36,040 bases of DNA, taken from assembly GCA_030390025.1 (NCBI GenBank), contig JASTWF010000332.1:496001-532040 (forward strand). Reading direction: 5' to 3'. Made by a program: the position numbers and the translations under genes. The notes under the pieces are model-generated. The model had not been told where the DNA came from. It made no database searches and saw only the letters and a program-made list of their open reading frames with translations. Below, in pieces: positions 33,033-36,040 of this stretch (the first letter of the stretch is position 1; the number at the start of each line of letters is the position of its first letter). The stretch comes from Squalus acanthias. Lineage: Eukaryota.

Positions 33033-33206
33033 GGGATAGATCTTGACTTTGTGCGATCGTGTAAAACAGGCGATAGCGAGTCGGCAGCCTGTTTTACATC
33101 TTTCCCCATTGACTTCAATGGAAATAAAAATGGGGAGAAATATAAAACAGGCTGTCCACTCGCTATCACCCGTTTTATACTATCGCATAAAGTCAAGATC
33201 TACCCC
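33033..33206. mobile_element. 174-bp fold-back MITE with TWA flanks
   Basis: TAA|GGGATAGATCTTGACTTTGTGCGAT...ATCGCATAAAGTCAAGATCTACCCC|TTA; arms complementary almost to the centre. Confidence 0.9.
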
Positions 33207-33509
33207 TTACGCTTGTTGTTGAATTTATTAACTGTATACTGTGTAGACATCACCTTCTGGAAGAACAGAACAGAAGATTTGAGAAGCAAGTGTAAGAACT
33301 GCTTCAAGTGGCTGACAACTCTTAAGACAACGTGCTAGTGTATCCTATCCGATGTTAGTCTGGAATCTTTCAAGTAAAGCCTTAATTGAGCCTTAGTATC
33401 TTTATTGCTCATTGCCAGCTTAATCCTGAGGATTGGGTCCAGTACAATGCCCTCTTGTAGATGTGGTGAGACCTTGAGCTGGGAATCTAATTCCGAATGA
33501 ATGACTCAC

Positions 33510-33571
33510 CATATGCAGGGTTGAACATAAAGTTTGGATACAGTGTGTAGGTTTTGGATAACAACTAGATT
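33510..33571 (-). CDS. Weak candidate exon (alternative acceptors give exon starts at 33571 or 33564)
   Basis: Strong ATG|GTGAGT donor, modest acceptor; the shorter form reads LLSKTYTLYPNFMFNPAY. Confidence 0.18.
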
Positions 33572-34153
33572 CTGTAACCATAGCAGAGATTTACTTTATT
33601 ATTTATAAATGTTATTTAAGTTAAACAAATCACATTTTAATAAATGATGCTGGTAGCCAGATTGTCAGAGTGTCCTTTGTGTTAAATATAACTTGTTTTT
33701 AATCTGGTTGTTTTCATTAATATAAACAATTTGAGCCTTCTTCAACAGAAGATGAATAATATTTATATTCTGATCTATAAATAGTCCATACGATACAAGC
33801 GTTAGATTTGTGGTTGCACAATTGGCTGTTGGCAGCAAGTGTGAGATAAAAGCCAGGAGCCACAATTCCAACGTTGAGGGACATTTTGAGGGCAATTTTT
33901 TTTTTTCATCAACATCTCTGTTGGGGGAAAAAATGAGATCACGTAAAATATCCGGGAATAAACTGTGAGTTCACGGGAATTTGTGTAGGAAAGGAAATGT
34001 GATCACTTCCTCAGTTCCACTCAGACATATCTCGGGTATCAGTAGCAGACATCATAAACATTAATCCAAACAGTCAGGCAGCAGGCTGGGCCACTCAAAC
34101 CAAATTCAACAAAAGTTCAATTCTCGCATTTGAACAAAGATTTTAGAGATTAA

Positions 34154-34914
34154 CGGCTGGATTTTGAATGACCCATGGAGTTGGGTTTGGAGGCGTGTGG
34201 GGGGTTAAATTTGCGGGGTCGGGGTTTCTGACCCCATCCCGACTCCATCCCGCTTCCACGCAATTTTGACATAATCAGTCGCGGGGTTCACGACTCCGTC
34301 CCGCCTTCAAGAGGCGGGAGAGGCCATTAAAGCCCTTAACAAGCTCTAAATTGGCTCTGTAATGCCATTTTGAAACGCTGTAGCTAGTTTAACCCTCTTC
34401 TGGCGTGAAGCACGCCTGGTGTGAAACACTCCAGTGAAACCTGGCGGGAGCACAAGTGGATAGCTGACTATCGGCTGCAGGTCCACTATTACAACGGAGA
34501 TGTGATGAAGGTAGTAGTAGTATTAGGTGTGAACGCCGCCTCTGATGCTGCTGCATTGAATGTCTTGAGAGACTGCCTGGGAGGACTTGCTTAGCAAAAA
34601 AATTCATTCTCTCTCTCTCTCTCTCTCTCCACACCCCCACCTCCATTTTTGCATCCAGGTCCACCCACATCAAAAGCCAGGCAGGTCCTCTCTCACCAAC
34701 AGTCTCTGAGACTAGCCAGTCAGCAATGATGACATCATCAGAGGCGGATTTCAGACTGAAAACACTAATTCGTTCATGGGTTCCCACATGCTCCAACTCA
34801 ATTGCCCAATGAAGTGAAAATTGCATCAGGCATCCACATTAATCTGGAGTCGGGGGGGAAACACGAAATGCGGATTACACGACCCCGACCCGACCCCAAG
34901 ACAAAATCCAACCC
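34154..34914. mobile_element. Complete Harbinger-like MITE with TAA TSD, inverted relative to 29819-30476
   Basis: TAA|CGGCTGGATTTTG...CAAAATCCAACCC|TAA; internal (TC)n. Confidence 0.88.
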
Positions 34915-35031
34915 TAAATGTCCATATTTCTCAGAAGTTTCAAGACAACTTCTTTATTGTCTATTTTATATTATATGATTCCAAGCTTGATATTTTATAC
35001 TAGACTGCCTTAACAGATGTAAAACAATATT

Positions 35032-36040
35032 GGGGGTAATTTTAACTTCCCAAAACGGTGGGAAGTTAATGTTAAAAATTTCAAACCCGACCGCAACCCG
35101 CCCACTTCTGGTTTTAACGGAGGCGGAACGAGGGGCGAGAGACCAATCCGCTCTCAGGAGGCAGGTCGGTCGGTAAAACCTTTTAACATGATTTCTATTA
35201 TTAACCCATGTCGGCCAGGATTCCCGGACCTCGGGAAACCCGATATGTAAAAGGAAGCGAGAAGGGCCGGATCGATGAGGTGAGTGCCTTCACATCAATG
35301 CTTGTGGACCAGGAGGAGCAGGAGTGTATCCTCCAGGCCCAACAAGCTAACCTATAAACTCCCCACAAGCTGTTCTGCCCCCACCTCCACGATTTCCGAC
35401 TGACCACCCACAATCACTGACCACCCCCCCACCGCGATCTAACCCCCGATCTCTCCTCTCCCCCCAATCTCTCCCCTCCCCCCCGATCTCTCCACTTCCC
35501 CCGATCTCTCCCCTCCCCCCGATCTCTCCTCTCCCCCCGATCTTTCCTCTCCCCCCGATCTTTCCTCTCCCCCCGATCTTTCCTCTCCCCCCGATCTCTC
35601 CGCTCCCACCAATCTCTCTCCCCCCGATCTCTCCTCTCCCCCCAATCTTTCCGCTCCCACCCCGATCTCTCCCCTCCCCCCCGATCTCTCCTCTCTCCCC
35701 TGATCTCTCCGCTCCCACCAATCTCTCCACTCTCCCCGATCTCTCCCCTCCCCCCCGATCTCTCCTCTCCCCCCGATCTCTCTCCTCCCCCCGATCTCTC
35801 CTCTCCCCCCCGATCTCTCCCTCCCCCGATCTCTCCGCTCCCACCAATCTCTCCTCTACCCCGATCTCTCCTCTCTCCCCAATCTTTCCACTCCCCCCAT
35901 CTCTCCCTTCCCACCCCGATCTCTCCTCTCCCCTGATCTCTCCGCTCCCACCAATCTCTCCACTCTCCCCGATCTCTCCCCTCCCCCCGATCTCTCCCCT
36001 CCCCCGATCTCTCCTCTCCCCCCGATCTCTCCTCTCCCCC
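35032..36040. mobile_element. Left part of a GC-rich MITE-like element carrying an expanded minisatellite
   Basis: ATT|GGGGGTAATTTTAAC terminus; runs off the window end. Confidence 0.6.
35440..36040. repeat. Minisatellite of about 18 bp (CCCCCGATCTCTCCTCTC)n, roughly 30 units
   Basis: Direct tandem units with GATC/AATC variants, continuing to the window end. Confidence 0.92.

Noticed and set aside
35347..35914. Gly/Glu/Arg-rich ORFs, and the array as a CRISPR-like locus
   Set aside because: Translations of a tandem minisatellite; no unique spacers and no cas genes.

Overview
This is eukaryotic, repeat-dense genomic DNA. The repeat families point to a cartilaginous fish (shark); this is inferred from the repeats, not from a database search. 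No complete protein-coding gene is present, and the long ORFs are retroelement remnants or low-complexity artefacts. Repeats seen: classic CR1 LINEs, a second CR1-group LINE (called family B here), L2 LINEs, a tRNA-headed SINE sharing the family-B tail, SacSINE1/DeuSINE-like SINEs, Penelope-like elements (PLEs), and many PIF/Harbinger-type elements and MITEs, often nested. The most notable items are: (i) seven PLE terminal-repeat hammerhead ribozyme motifs, four with an intact catalytic core, including a 140-bp mini-PLE with a 12-bp target-site duplication; (ii) relics of both Harbinger genes (Myb/SANT-like and transposase); (iii) a multiply nested insertion cluster at 6.4-10.3 kb; (iv) a near-consensus CTCF site; (v) several short minus-strand exon candidates of an unidentified host gene. 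I see no convincing wholly new system. Most signals are instances of known element classes, and many element boundaries are approximate.
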